A stretch of DNA of 64,000 bases. It comes from Chiloscyllium plagiosum. Taxonomy: Eukaryota. The stretch is taken from the NCBI RefSeq assembly GCF_004010195.1, contig NC_057711.1, positions 82,078,076 to 82,142,075 of the forward strand. The letters are read 5' to 3'. The position numbers were made by a program, and so were the translations under genes. Positions 51,668 to 64,000 of the stretch are shown piece by piece. Numbering within the stretch: position 1 is the first letter of the stretch; each line of letters begins with the position of its first letter. The notes beneath the pieces are model-generated. The model did not search any database and was not told where the DNA came from. It was given only the letters and a program-made list of their open reading frames with translations.

Positions 51668-52704
51668 ATAATTTTACAGTCTATTCTATCATTCCAGCTT
51701 AAAGCTGAGCATGTCCAGTAATAAAAAGCATTGCACTCAGAAGCAGCATCACTTCAGTGATAATGGTGAAATATTTATTAAAGAGGCTGCTAAATTTACT
51801 TCTCAATAAACTATGAATACTCTTGCTTTGCCACTGACCATAAAATTTAGTTCAAGACATTTGGATTTGGGATCATGGAATGGTGCATCACAGAAGAAGG
51901 TCATTCAGCTCATTAAATCTGGGTCAGCTCTTTTGTGCAATCCAATTAATTTCATACACTACCTTTCCTTTATATTTTTGTTTTTTCCCTCAAATATGTA
52001 TCCAGTCAATTAGTCAAATACAATTTGCCCTAAACAAGTTTGTGCTGGCTGCTTGATATTAGTTCTCACTAGTCTGGATGTCTGTTAATTTTTTCTTGGA
52101 ATATGAACCAAAAACTTTCTCCGACAAGGAATGTTAAACTGACCAGTCTATTGGTTAGGTTTATGTTTTCACCTATCCTGAATAAGGGTGTTATATTTGC
52201 AGTTCTGAGTTCACTGGCACTAATGATGTGACCAAGCAGGATTGCAAATTTGTGATTAGCATTTCCACAACTTCTACCCTTGTTTCCTTCAGAAATCCTA
52301 GAATTCATTTCTCCAGATTAGGTGGTGTACAATCTCGAAATGAATCAGCTTTTCTAGTCCTCTTCAACAATTTATATATCACCCACTGTTCTTCCAACCT
52401 CCATATTTAACATAACTTTGGTAAAGTTCTCTTCATCGGTAAACTACAGTTCTTGCTCACAAAGCTTTAATTCTTAATACAGCTTTGAATAAACTTATTG
52501 CATTATTATTTTATATTTCCTCATTTATAATGCAAATTACATATACACAAATATTGTAATTATTTAATCTAGTCAGCAGGACACACTGCATTCTCCATTC
52601 TGTACAAATTGCAGAAAATGTTCTGAAAATCTTTCATCTGAATTTTCAGAGTAAATAAAACTTTGAATGCCTAAATGAAGAAACCAAGAACAATAGAAAT
52701 AGGA

Positions 52705-55700
52705 GTAAGACCATAAGACCAAGGAGTGGAAGTAAGGCCATTCTGCCCATCAAGTCCACTCCACCATTTATTCATGGCTGATAGGCATTTCAACTTCATT
52801 TACCCGCACACTTCCCATAGCTCTTAATTCCTTGCAAGATCAAGAATTTATCAATCTCTACCTTGAAGACATTTAATTTCCCAACCTCCAGTGCACTCCA
52901 TGGCAATGAATTCCACAGACCCACCACTCTCTGGCTGAAGAAATGTCTTCTCATTTCCATCCTAAATTGGCCCCCTCTAATTCTAAGGCTATGCTCATGG
53001 GTCCAAGTCTCCCCGCCTAATGGAAACAACTTCCCAGAGCCCATTCTTTCTAAGCCATGCATTATCTTGTAAGTTTCTATTAGATCTCCCCTCAACCTTC
53101 TAAACTCTAATGAATACAATCTTATATTAGGCCTACCATTCCCGGGATCATCCGTGTGGACATACTCCAGTGCCAGTATGTCCTTCTTGAGGTGTGGGGC
53201 CCAAAATTGGATACAGTATTCTAAATGGGGCCTAACTAGAGCTTTATAAAGTCTCAGAAGCACATCGCGGCTTTTATATTTCAACCCTCTTGAGATAAAT
53301 AACAACATTACATTCGCTTTCTTAATCACGGGATTCAACTTGCAAGTTAACCTTTAGAGAATCCTGGACTAGCACTCCCAGATCCCTTTGTACTTTGGAT
53401 TGATGAATTTTCTCACCATTTAGAAAATAGTCCATGTCTGTATTCTTTTTTCCAAAGTGCAAGACCTCACATTTGCTCACATTGAATTTCATCAGCCATT
53501 TCCTGGACCACTGTCCTAAACTGTCTAAATAAAGCAGCCTCCCCACCTCCTCAGTACTACCTGCCTGTCCAGCTAACTTTGTATCATTGGCTAACTTTGC
53601 CAGAATGCCCCCTGTCCCTTCAACCAGATCAATGATATATATAGTGAACAGCTGCGGCCCCAACACTGAATGCTACGGGACACCACTTGTCACCAGCTAC
53701 TATTTCGAAAAAGAACCTTTTATCCCAACTCTCTGCCTTCTGTCAATTCATGCCAGTAGCTCACCTTGAACACCATGGGCCCTCACCTTATTCAGCAGCA
53801 TCCCGTGAGACACCTTATCAAAGGCCTTTTGGAAGTCTAGATAGATAACATCCACTGGGTTTCCCTGGTCTAACCTACTTATTACCTCTTCAAAGAATTC
53901 TAACAGGTTTGTCAGGCACAACTTCCCCTTATTAAATCCATGCTGACCTCTTCTTTCCGACCCTGCACTTCCAATAATTTAGAAATCTCATCCTTAACGA
54001 TGGATTCTAGAATTTTACCAACAACTGAAGTTAGGCTAATCGGCCTATAATTTGCCATCTTTTGTCTTGATCCTTTCTTGAACAAGGGGTTTACAACAGC
54101 GATTTTACAATCATCTGGGATTTTCCCAGACTCCAGTGACTTTTGAAAGATTACAATCCACGCTTCCACTATTTCCTCAGCCACCTCCCTCAGAACTCTA
54201 GGATGTAGCCCATCGGGGCCAGGAGATTTATCAATTTTTAGACCTTTTAGCTTTTCCAGCACTTTCCCTTTTGTAATGGCTTCTCAACACTGCCCCCGAC
54301 TCTCCTTAATTGTTGGGATATTACTCCAGTCTTCCACTGTGAAGAATGACGTAAAGTACTTATTAAGTTCTTCATCTATTTCCTTATCTCCCAGCATTTG
54401 CCTTCTTGCATCAATTTGATGCAGCCCAATGTCTACTTTTGTCTCTCGTTTATTTCTTATGTATCGAAATAAACTTTTACTATCATTTCTAATATTACTG
54501 GCTAGTCTACTTTCATATTTGATCCTCTCCTTCCTTATTTCTCTCTTTGTTATCCTCTGCTTGTTTTTGTAGCCTTCCCAATCTTCTGATTTCCCAGTGC
54601 TCTTGGCCACTTTCTCGGCTCTCTCTTTTTCTTTGATATATTTCCTGACTTCCTTTGTCAGTCATGGCTGTTTAGTAGCTGCCTCTCCCCCCCATCCCTC
54701 CACCCCCATCCCCGCTCCTGCCCTTGGATGATCTTTCTTTTCTTTGGGATGAACCTCTGTACTGTGTTCTCAATTACACCCAGAAACTCCTGCCATTGTT
54801 GCTCTACTGTTTTCCCCACTAAGCCCTGCTTCCAGTCAATTTTCGTCAGTTCCTCTCTTATGCCCCTGTAAATACTTTTATTTAACTGTAACACCATTAC
54901 ATCCGATTTTGCCTTCTCTCTTTCAAACTGCAGACTGAAGTCTACCATACTATGATCATTGCCTCCTAAGTGTTCCCTTACTTTATGATCTTTTATAAAG
55001 TCTGGCTCATTTCAGAGCACTAAGTCCAGAATAGCCTGCTCCTTGTGGGTTCCATCACAACTGTTCCAAAGAAAACCATCCTGTAAGCATTCCACAAATT
55101 CCCTTTCTTTGGATCTACCAGCAACATTATTCACCAAGTCCACCTGCATATTGTAGGCCCCCATGATCACCGTGACCTTGCCTTTCTGACATGCCTTATC
55201 TATTTCTCGGTACATTTGTGGCCCTGGTCCTGACCACTGTTAGGAGGTCTGTACATAGCTCCCATTATGGTTTTTTTTCACTTTTGTAGTTCCTCAACTC
55301 CACCCACATAGACTCCACATTATCTGACCCTATGTTATTCAGTGCCATAGATTTAATTTCATTCTTAACTACAAGGCATCCCGCCCCCTCTGCCTATCTC
55401 CCTGTTTTTTCGGTAAGTTGTAAATCCTTGCATGTTTAACTGCCAGTCCTGAACCCCCTGCAACCACATCTCTGTGATGCCTACCACATACTAATTGTTC
55501 ACGATGATTTGTGCTGTTAATTCATCTATTTTGTTACAAATGTTATGAGCATTCAAGTAAAGCACCTTAATGCTAATTTTCTTATCCTCATGATTTCCAA
55601 TATCTCTAGTAATATGTCCTAAATTATCCTCCCTTTTTGCTCCATTCCTAGTTTGCCTTGAACTTAAACCCTACGTACATGCTAACCTGCTGCTTATCTT

Positions 55701-55900
55701 TCTACCTGACTCCATACACCCTGTCGCTTTCCCTTTCTGTTCCCCCCAACTCACAAGTTTAAAGTCCTAGTGACTACCCTATTTATCCTTTTTGCTAGAA
55801 CACTACTGCCTAATTGGTTCAGTGGAGTCTGTCCCATCAGTACAGATTCCCTGGTTCCAAAACCGATGCCAATGTGCCATGAAAAGGGAGTAGAGTAGGA
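52705..55900 (-). mobile_element. CR1 LINE ORF2 (APE + RT), disrupted
   Basis: VIMGAYN, AILDLVL, KSPGPDGLHPRVL, NYRPISLTSVVGK, KLANDTKL, RPHLEYCIQFW; tail at ~52705-52725. Confidence 0.9.
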
Positions 55901-56432
55901 GTAGACCACACAGCCAATCGAACATGTTCCACCATGTAATACTATACTGCCTGACCTTTGCCTTCAACTCCATTTTCCCACCCAATCCTGATATCCTTTT
56001 ATTTCCTGAGATACCAAAAAGCTGTCCATATCAACCTTAAACATGTTAAATGGAGCTGCCCTCTGGGGTAGAGAATTCATAATCTTGGAAGAAATTTCTT
56101 CTTATCCCGAGTCCAAATTAACAGTCTCTTTTCCTGAAACAATGCAACTATATTCTAGATTCCCCAGCCAGAAGAAATAATCTTTACTGTCTCTGTATAT
56201 TCTAATAAACCCCTTTATCACCTTGTACATTTCTTCACCTAGTATGTTTCAAAATTCCAGCGTATTGGCCAATTTACTCACTCAAAAAAGGACAGCCTGC
56301 TCATCATAAGAAACAATGTATTGAATCTTTGCTGCTCTGCCTCAAATGTAAGAATAATCTTTAAATGTAGAGACTGAAATTGCACAAAGTGCTCTTGGTG
56401 TGGTCTCACCACAATCCTGTAAAATAACATTA

Positions 56433-56662
56433 AAAAATCACACAACACCAGGTTGTAGTCCAAAGGGTTTATTTGGAAGCACTAACTTTCAGAGCACTGC
56501 TCCTTCATCAGGTGGTTGTGGTTGTGGTTGTGACACCTGATGAAGGAGCAGCGTTCAGAAAGCTAGTGCTTCCAGATAAACCTGTTAGAATATACCCTGG
56601 TGTTGTGTGATTTTTTTTAACTTTGTCCACCCCAGTCCAACACTGGCTCCTCTACATCATGG
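56433..56662. mobile_element. Palindromic mini-PLE (family B) with TSD
   Basis: Diverged arms ~56433-56514 and ~56534-56616 around a (ggttgt)3 loop. TSD ctgtaaaataa(c/a)atta at 56417-56432 and 56663-56678. Confidence 0.8.
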
Positions 56663-58130
56663 CTGTAAAATAAAATTACTTAACTTTTGTACTCGAATTT
56701 CCTTGCAAGAGAAGGCTAAATTACTTCCTAATTTCTTGTATGGTAGCTTTGATTTTCTTGTGGAAGTACATTGAAGTCCTTCTGAAGATCAATATTTATA
56801 ACTTTCTCACTTTGAGATTATTCTGTTTCTCTATTCTTAAAAAGAAAGCAAATGACCTCCTACTTCTCCATATTATACTCTACCTTAGTCCACCTTAACT
56901 ATATAATTTAGCCAGTAATATAAAGGAAGAATGTAAGAGTTTCTTTAGATATATAAAGGGCAAAAGAGAGGCAGAAGTGGACAGTGGGCCACTGGAAAAT
57001 GACACTGGAGAGATAGTAGTGGGGGACAAGAAAATGGCTGAGGAACTGAATAATTACTTCGTGTCAGTCTTCACAGTGGAAGACATGAGTAATATCCCAA
57101 AAATTAAGAGAGTGAGGGGACAGAGCTGAGTATAGTTGCCAGCACCAAGGAGAAGGTGATAGAAAAACTGAATGGCCTGAAGGTGGATAAATCACCTGGA
57201 CCAGATGGACTACACCCCAGAGTTCTAAGGAAAATAGCTGAAGAGATAATTGAGGCATTAGTGGTGACCTTTCAGGAATTGCTAGAATCAGGGAGGGTCC
57301 CAGAGGACTGGAAAATTGCTAATGTGACATCCCTGTTTAAAAAGGGAGTAAGGCAAAAGATGGAAACTTACAGATCAATTGGCCTAACCTTGGTTGGGGG
57401 TAAAGTCCTGAATCCATTGTGAAGGATGAGATTTCTGAATACTTGAAAGTGTATGGTAAAATAGGGCAAAGTCAGCATGGTTTCATCAAGGGGACGTCAT
57501 GCCTGACAAATCTGCTAGAATTCTTAGAGGAAGTACATAGCAGGTTAGACCAAGGAGAGCCATGGATGTTATCCACTTGGACATCAAGAAGGCCTTTGAC
57601 AAGGTGCAGCACAGGAAACTACTGAGTAAGATAAGGGCCAAAGGTGTCAGAGGCAAGGTGCAAACATGGAAATAAAGCTTGGCTGTCTGGCAGAAAGCAG
57701 AGAGTGGGGATAAAAGGGTCCTACTCAGGATGGCAGCCGGTGACAAGTGGTGTTCCACAAGGCTCAGTGTTGGGACCACAACTTTAAATCATACATTAAC
57801 GATCTAGATGAAGGAACTGAGGGCATTCTGATTATGTTTGCAGACAATACAAAGAGAGGTAGAGGAACAGGTAGCATTGAGGAATCAGGGAGGCTGCAGA
57901 AGGATTTGGACAGGTTAGGAGAGTGGGCAAAGAAGTGGTAGGTGGAGTACAATGTGGGAAAGTGTGAGGTCATGCACTTTGGTCACAAGAATAAATGGGA
58001 AGAAAATTCAGAAGTCTAAAGTGCAAAGAGACTTGGGAGTTTCTAGTGCAGGATTCTCTCAAGGTAAGCTTGCAGGTTGAGTAAGTCGGCAAATGCAATG
58101 ATGACATTTATCTTGTGAGGACTTGAATAT

Positions 58131-58793
58131 TGCCGGAGAAATTTGCCCAATAGGTTAGAGATCACAAAACACAGCTCAAAGTGAAATTGACAAACAGTTT
58201 ATTGCAAGCGATATCACTGGAAGAGAAACAGACCAGCTGATACAGAACTGACAGTCTGTACAGGTAGATCAGATTTCTCTTCCCAGAGCTGAGGGTGAGA
58301 CCAGGTTTATAGTAATGCTGCACAATGACACTGATTAAGAAATGAGAAACTACAATGTATATGGAAATGGAGTAATCTAGTTGCAAGCAAGCTAATTGGA
58401 AAACAAATATCGGATGAATGTCCTGTTCCTTTACACAATGCAACAATTGACAGTATCAATGGTTCCATTCCTCTTCATAGGTAGGGGTGAATGTCTCCTC
58501 GGAAGTGGTGAGGTGCTTCCATTGTCCTGTTCCTGGAGCACGTCCTTGCTGGTGCCTGTCTGTCAAACCTGCTTTTTGTGTGGCTTTGGTATTGCTGGGT
58601 TCTGAAAATGCCCTTGGGGCTTTAAGATATCTGTGGTGCTCTGTCATTGTTCATGGGAGCTTAAAGCGTATTCCCTTGTCTGCGTGCTGTCTGATTCGGC
58701 TTGTGAGCTGCTTGGGAATTCTGGGTGATTTGATACAGTTTGGCCAACTTTGCTTTTGTGGGCCTATCATGGGTTAGCAAATCTTATCCTACA
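58131..58793 (-). mobile_element. Solo LTR (663 bp) of an LTR retroelement or ERV
   Basis: TG...CA termini; 5-bp TSD AATAT at 58126-58130 and 58794-58798 splitting a CR1 motif. Minus-strand TATAAA at ~58305-58310 followed by AATAAA at ~58198-58203. Confidence 0.88.
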
Positions 58794-58964
58794 AATATAA
58801 AAGCAGGGTTGTAATTCTGAGGTTCTATAAGGCTCTGGTCAGACCACATTTTGGAGTATTGTTCGTAGTTTTGGGCCCCATAATCTCAGGAAGGATGTGA
58901 TGGCCCTGGGACAGTGTTCAGAGGAGGTTCACAAGAATGGTCACGGGAATGAAAAGTTTAACAT

Positions 58965-61503
58965 ACCGGAAATACATCCAGGAAGTTATTTGGGTTGAAC
59001 TGAGAAATAATAAAGGGATGATCACCTTATTGGGATTGTATTATAGATCCCCTAATAGTCAGAGGGAAATTGAGAAGCAAATTTTTAAGCAGACGTCAGT
59101 TATCTGTCAGAATGATAGGGTGGTTATGGTAGGGGATTTTAACTTTCCAAACATCGACTGGGACTGCCATAGTGTTAAGGGTTTAGATGGAGAGGAATTT
59201 GTTTAGTGTACAAGAAAATTTTCTGATTCGGGGTGTAGATGTACCTACTTGAGAAGGTGTAAAACTTGACCTACTCTTAGGAAATAAGGCAGGGCAGGTG
59301 ATTGAGATGTAAGTGGGGGAGCGCTTTGGGGCCAGCGACCATAATTCTATTAGTTTTAAAATAGTGATGGAAAAGGATAGACCAGATCGAAAAGTTGAAG
59401 TTCTAAATTGAAGGAAGGCTGATTTTGATGTTATTAGGCAAGAAGTTTCAAAAGCTGATTGGGGGCAGATGTTCGCAGGTAAAGGGATGGCTTCAGAAAA
59501 TGGGAAGTCTTCAGAAATGAGATAACAAGAATCCAGAGAAAGTATATTCCTGTCATGGTGAAAAGAAAGGCTGGTAGGTGTAGGGATGCTGGATGACTAA
59601 AGAAATTGAGGGTTTGGTTAAGAAAACAAAGGAAGCATATGTCAGGTGTAGACAGGATAGATCGAGTGAATCCTTAGAAGAGTATAAAGCAAGTAAGAGT
59701 ATACTTAAGAGGGAAATCAAGAGGGCAAAAAGGGAACATGAGATAGCTTTGGCAAATAGAATTAAGGAGAATCCAAAANNNNNNNNNNNNNNNNNNNNNN
59801 NNNNNNNNNNNNNNNNNNNNNNNNNNNNNNNNNNNNNNNNNNNNNNNNNNNNNNNNNNNNNNNNNNNNNNNNNNNNNNNNNNNNNNNNNNNNNNNNNNNN
59901 NNNNNNNNNNNNNNNNNNNNNNNNNNNNNNNNNNNNNNNNNNNNNNNNNNNNNNNNNNNNNNNNNNNNNNNNNNNNNNNNNNNNNNNNNNNNNNNNNNNN
60001 NNNNNNNNNNNNNNNNNNNNNNNNNNNNNNNNNNNNNNNNNNNNNNNNNNNNNNNNNNNNNNNNNNNNNNNNNNNNNTGGTGCCACTATTTAAGAAAGGT
60101 GGTAAGGACAAGCCAGGGTACTATAGACCGGTGAGCTTGATGTCGGTGGTGGGCAAATTGTTGGAGGGAATCCTGAGGGACAGGACGTACATGTATTTGG
60201 AAAGGCAAGGACTGATTAGGGATAGTCAACATGGCTTTATGCGTGGGAAATCATGTCTCACAAACTTGATTGGGTTTTTTGAAGAAGTATCAAAGAGGAT
60301 TGATGAGGGCAGAGTGGTTGATGTGATCTATATGGACTTCAGTAAGGTGTTCAACAAGGTTCCCCATGGGAGACTAGTTAGCAAAGTTAGACCTCATGGA
60401 GAACCAGCCATTTGGATGCAGAACTGGCTCAAAGGTAGAAGACAGAGGATGATGGTGGAGGTTGCTTTTCAGACTGGAGGCCTGTGACCAGTGGAGTGCC
60501 ACAAGGATCGGTGCTGGGTCCACGACTTTTCATCTTTTATATAAATGATTAGGATGTGAGCATAAGAGATATAGTTAGTAAGTTTGCAGATGATACCAAA
60601 ATTGGAGGTGTAGTGGACAGCAAAGAAGGTTACTTCAGATTACAATGGGGTCTTGATCAGATTGGCCAATGGGCTGAGGAGTGGCAGATGGAGTTTAATT
60701 TAGATAAGTATGAGGTGCTGCATTTTGGGAAAGCAAATCTTAGCAGGACATGCACTTAATGGTTAGGTTCTAGGGAGTGTTGCTGAACAAAGAGACCTTG
60801 GAGGGTGCAGGTTTATAGCTCATTGAAAGTAGAGTTGCAGGTAGATAGGATAGTGAAGAAGGCGTTTGGTATGCTTTCCTTTATTGGTCAGATTATTGAG
60901 TACAGGAGTTGGGAGGTCATGTGGCGGCTGTACAGGACATTGGCTCTGCCAATTTTGAAATATTGCATGCAATTCTGGTCTCCTTCCTATCGGAAGGATG
61001 TTGTGAAACTTGAAAGAGTTCAGAAAAGATTTGCAAGGATGTTGCTAGGGTTGGAGGATTTGAGCTATAGTGAGAGGCTGAATAGGCTGGGGCTGGTTTG
61101 CCTGGAGCATTGGAGGCTGAGGGGTGACATTATAGAGGTTTATAAAATCATGAGGGGCATTGCTAGGGTAAATAGGCAAAGTCTTTTCCCTGGGGTGAGG
61201 AAGTCCAGAACTAGAGGGCATAGCTTTGTGGGGTGGGATATAAAAAAGACCTAAGGGGCAACTTTTTCATGCAGAGGGTAGTACATGTATGGAATGAGCT
61301 GCCAGAGGAAATGGTGGAGGCTAGTACAATTGCAACATTTAAAAGGCATCTGGATGGGTATATAAAAAGGAAGGGCTTGGAGGGATATGGGCCGGATGCT
61401 GGCAGGTCAGATTAGATTGGGTTGGGATATCTGGTTGGCATGGATGAGTTGGACCGAAAGGTTTGTTTCCATGCTATATATCTCTATGACTCTATTACTC
61501 TAT
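58965..61503 (+). mobile_element. Young CR1 ORF2 (same subfamily as 44155-48575), 5'-truncated
   Basis: IWVELRNNKG, VMVGDFNFP, DFSKVFNKVPH, KFADDTK; tail ctctatgactctattactcta. Confidence 0.9.
59779..60077. other. Assembly gap (N run)
   Basis: 299 Ns inside a CR1. Confidence 1.
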
Positions 61504-62594
61504 TAAAGGAACGTTTGAGGACTCTGGTTTTATACTGTATGGTGTTTAGAAGGATAATGGGGGTATCTAATTGAAACATACACAATACTGAATGGATTGG
61601 ACAGAATGGATGCTGGGAAGGTGCTTCCATTGGTAGGAGAGACTTGGACTCTTGGAGTAAAGGGAAGACCTTTTAGAACGGAGATGAGCAGAAACCTCTC
61701 CAGCCTGAGAGTGGTGAATGTATGGAAGTCATCGTCACAGAAGGCTGTGGAGGCCAGGTCATTGAGTATATTTAAGACTGAGACAGATAGGTTCTTGAGT
61801 ATCAAGGGGATCAAGGGTTATGGGCAGAAAACAGGAGAATGGGGTTGAGAAACTTATCAGCCATGATTGAATGTTGAAGCAGACTCAATGGCCTAATTTC
61901 TGCTCCTGTGCCTTATGCTCTTATGGTCTAATCACTTAACCTATCTATATCTCCATGCAGCCTCTTTGTGCCCTTTGCATACTTGACATGTATTATCAAT
62001 AAATTTAGATACATTGCCAGCTGTCTATTCATCAAAGTCTATTTATCAAAGAGTATAAAACCAGAGTCCTCAAACGTTCTTTAAATAGAGTAATAGAGTC
62101 ATAGAGATATATAGCACGGAAACAAACCCTTCGGTCCAACTCATCCATGCCAACCAGATATCCCAACCCAATATAGATTCTAAATATTGGCAACCCAAGA
62201 ACTGATCCCTGCAACAGTCTACTAGTCAAAACCTGCCAACTGAAAAAAAATCTATTTAACTTTACTGTTTGCTTTGGGTCCACTAACCAATATTATATCC
62301 ATTCTCTTTCTTCCCTCCTGACTCTATAAGCGCTTATCTTAAGTATTAACCTCCTCACACCGTACAGTCCCACCTAGCTTTGTATCATCAATTTAGCTAT
62401 GTGATAGGTTTCTTCAAGTTCAGATATCTTGTTTGAAAAATTAACGTCAAATTCAATTGTATGATAATCATTTTTCCTACAAGATCTATTAGTACGAGAT
62501 TACTAATGGGTCTACCTCTTTGCATAATTCTAATTCTGAAATAGCTTTATCCCTAGTTGGTTCCACAATGCACCAGAAAAATGATAGGAACAAA

Positions 62595-63165
62595 TTACTT
62601 CAGATGCTGGAATCTGTACTGAAAACAACAAATGATGGCGATCACAGTGGGTCAGACAACTGAGGACAGACAGCAAGCTAACATTTTGAGTCTGGATGTC
62701 TCCTCACCAGAGCTGAAGTAAAGTGTGGAGGGAACAGCCTTTATGTTATAGTTTATTGGGGGGTGTGTGGGGTGTTCTGGAGTAGTGGGTGTAGGTTGCT
62801 GGTGAAGAAAAGATATTAATAGTTCAGACTAAGTTATTGGAATGTGAGAATGGTAGAACAATGGTGCGTCACCTGAGGACTTGAATGGACAGTAAGTAGG
62901 ATTGGGGGAGGAGAGGACATGATAACACTTCTTCCCCTTTTAGCTTGTTATCATGACCCGCCACCATCCCACTTACTGTCCTTTCAAGTCTAGCAGGTGA
63001 CACACTATTGTTCTACCACTCTCACATTCTGATTACTTAGTCTGAACCATCAACATTTTTTCTTCATCTGCCCTCTACATCCACTACCCCTAGCACCTCC
63101 TAAGTTATAGAATAAATGCTGTCCCCTCCACACTTTACTTCACCTCAGAAGAAGAGTTATCTACA
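62595..63165. mobile_element. Old PLE tail as a diverged inverted repeat
   Basis: Arms ~62690-62905 and ~62965-63165; cagatgctggaatctg terminus shared with other PLE tails. Confidence 0.65.
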
Positions 63166-63228
63166 TAAGAAAAAGTATTGAAAACATTAAACAAACTCAT
63201 CTTTGACACTGGTATGATCTATGAGAAG

Positions 63229-63553
63229 ATTAGATTAGATTCCCTCCAGTGTGGAAACAGGCCCTTCGACCCAACAGGTAAACACTGACCCTCCACAGAG
63301 CAACCCACCCAGACCCATTCCTCTACATTCACCCCTGACTAATGCACCCAACCTTACGGGCAATTTAGCATGGCCAATTCACCTGACCTGCACATCTTTG
63401 GACTGTGGGAGGAAACCGGAGCACCGAGAGGAAACCCACACAGACACAGGGAGAATGTGCAAACTCCACACAGACAGTTGCCTGAGTCGGCAATTGAACC
63501 CGGGTCCCTGGTGTTGTGAGGCAGCAGTGCTAACCACTGAGCCACGGTGCCAC
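63229..63553 (-). mobile_element. HE1-like SINE
   Basis: Reverse complement of the 33210-33503-type SINE, with an (aatct)n tail. Confidence 0.9.
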
Positions 63554-64000
63554 CCTCCCCCAGAGCCACTGTGCTGCCCCTGTTTTGTGGTAAAAGAGTG
63601 ATGGGGGTTAGGGGGTGTTGTTTAGATATCAAGGCTCACTGACTTGTAGAGTCTATATATGATTTTTCTCAGTCGAGAGCACTCTTCTATATCTGGGACG
63701 GATGGCAAGCAGTCTTTATGCTTTGAAATAGTGGGCAAGAATGGAGTGCTGTGTGGGTGTGATGGTCACCTGTGAACTTCTCCTGCACATGTTAATCTGA
63801 GTTACGTGTCGGTGTATTTCCAAATGGGGAATAAGTGGCAAAGTTCACAAACATCTGAAACGTTGAGAGTTTGTTAAATGTGTTTTGATCAAACACTGAA
63901 GATGCGAAGATTTTAAGTTGTTGCAATTTGTTGGAAGGCTGAAGATGTGGTGCTGCAACTATTGTCTGCATGACTGTATGTTTTTATATCTGCTAATCTA

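Larger units (their letters stand above)
56900..61930 (+). mobile_element. CR1 LINE ORF2 fragment interrupted by a solo LTR and a younger CR1
   Basis: KSPGPDGLHPRVL, MFADNTK. Breaks at 58130/58794 and 58964/~61502, then resumes at gaacgtttgaggactctgg and runs to a tail at ~61910-61930. Confidence 0.85.

Noticed and set aside
63590..64000. Possible very old Penelope RT remnant on the minus strand
   Set aside because: Only faint motif resemblance; too degenerate to call.

Overview
Repeat-dense vertebrate genomic DNA, most likely from a shark (inferred from HE1-like SINEs, HER1/CR1 LINEs and SacSINE-like repeats). It has two assembly gaps. The only host coding sequence I can support is the first coding exon of FRMD3 (minus strand, 41542-41646; [35 protein letters not shown], phase-0 GT donor), just downstream of a small CpG-rich promoter (~42.0-42.2 kb). 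Positions 1-41541 are therefore probably intron 1, and the right third is upstream sequence. The rest is nested transposable elements: CR1, L2/CR1-group, RTE, Rex1, Tx1, Penelope-like elements (PLEs), SINEs, fossil pogo and Harbinger transposases, and a solo LTR. Highlights: (i) minimal type-I hammerhead ribozyme motifs in at least three PLE families with covarying stems; (ii) ~220-bp TSD-flanked palindromic mini-PLEs folded back at the ribozyme; (iii) a LINE whose 5' leader is a tRNA-type SINE head shared with a short SINE; (iv) a candidate alternative FRMD3 first exon; (v) local templated duplications and inversions. All calls come from manual reading, and repeat boundaries are approximate unless a TSD is quoted. 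No prokaryotic-type system (CRISPR etc.) is present.
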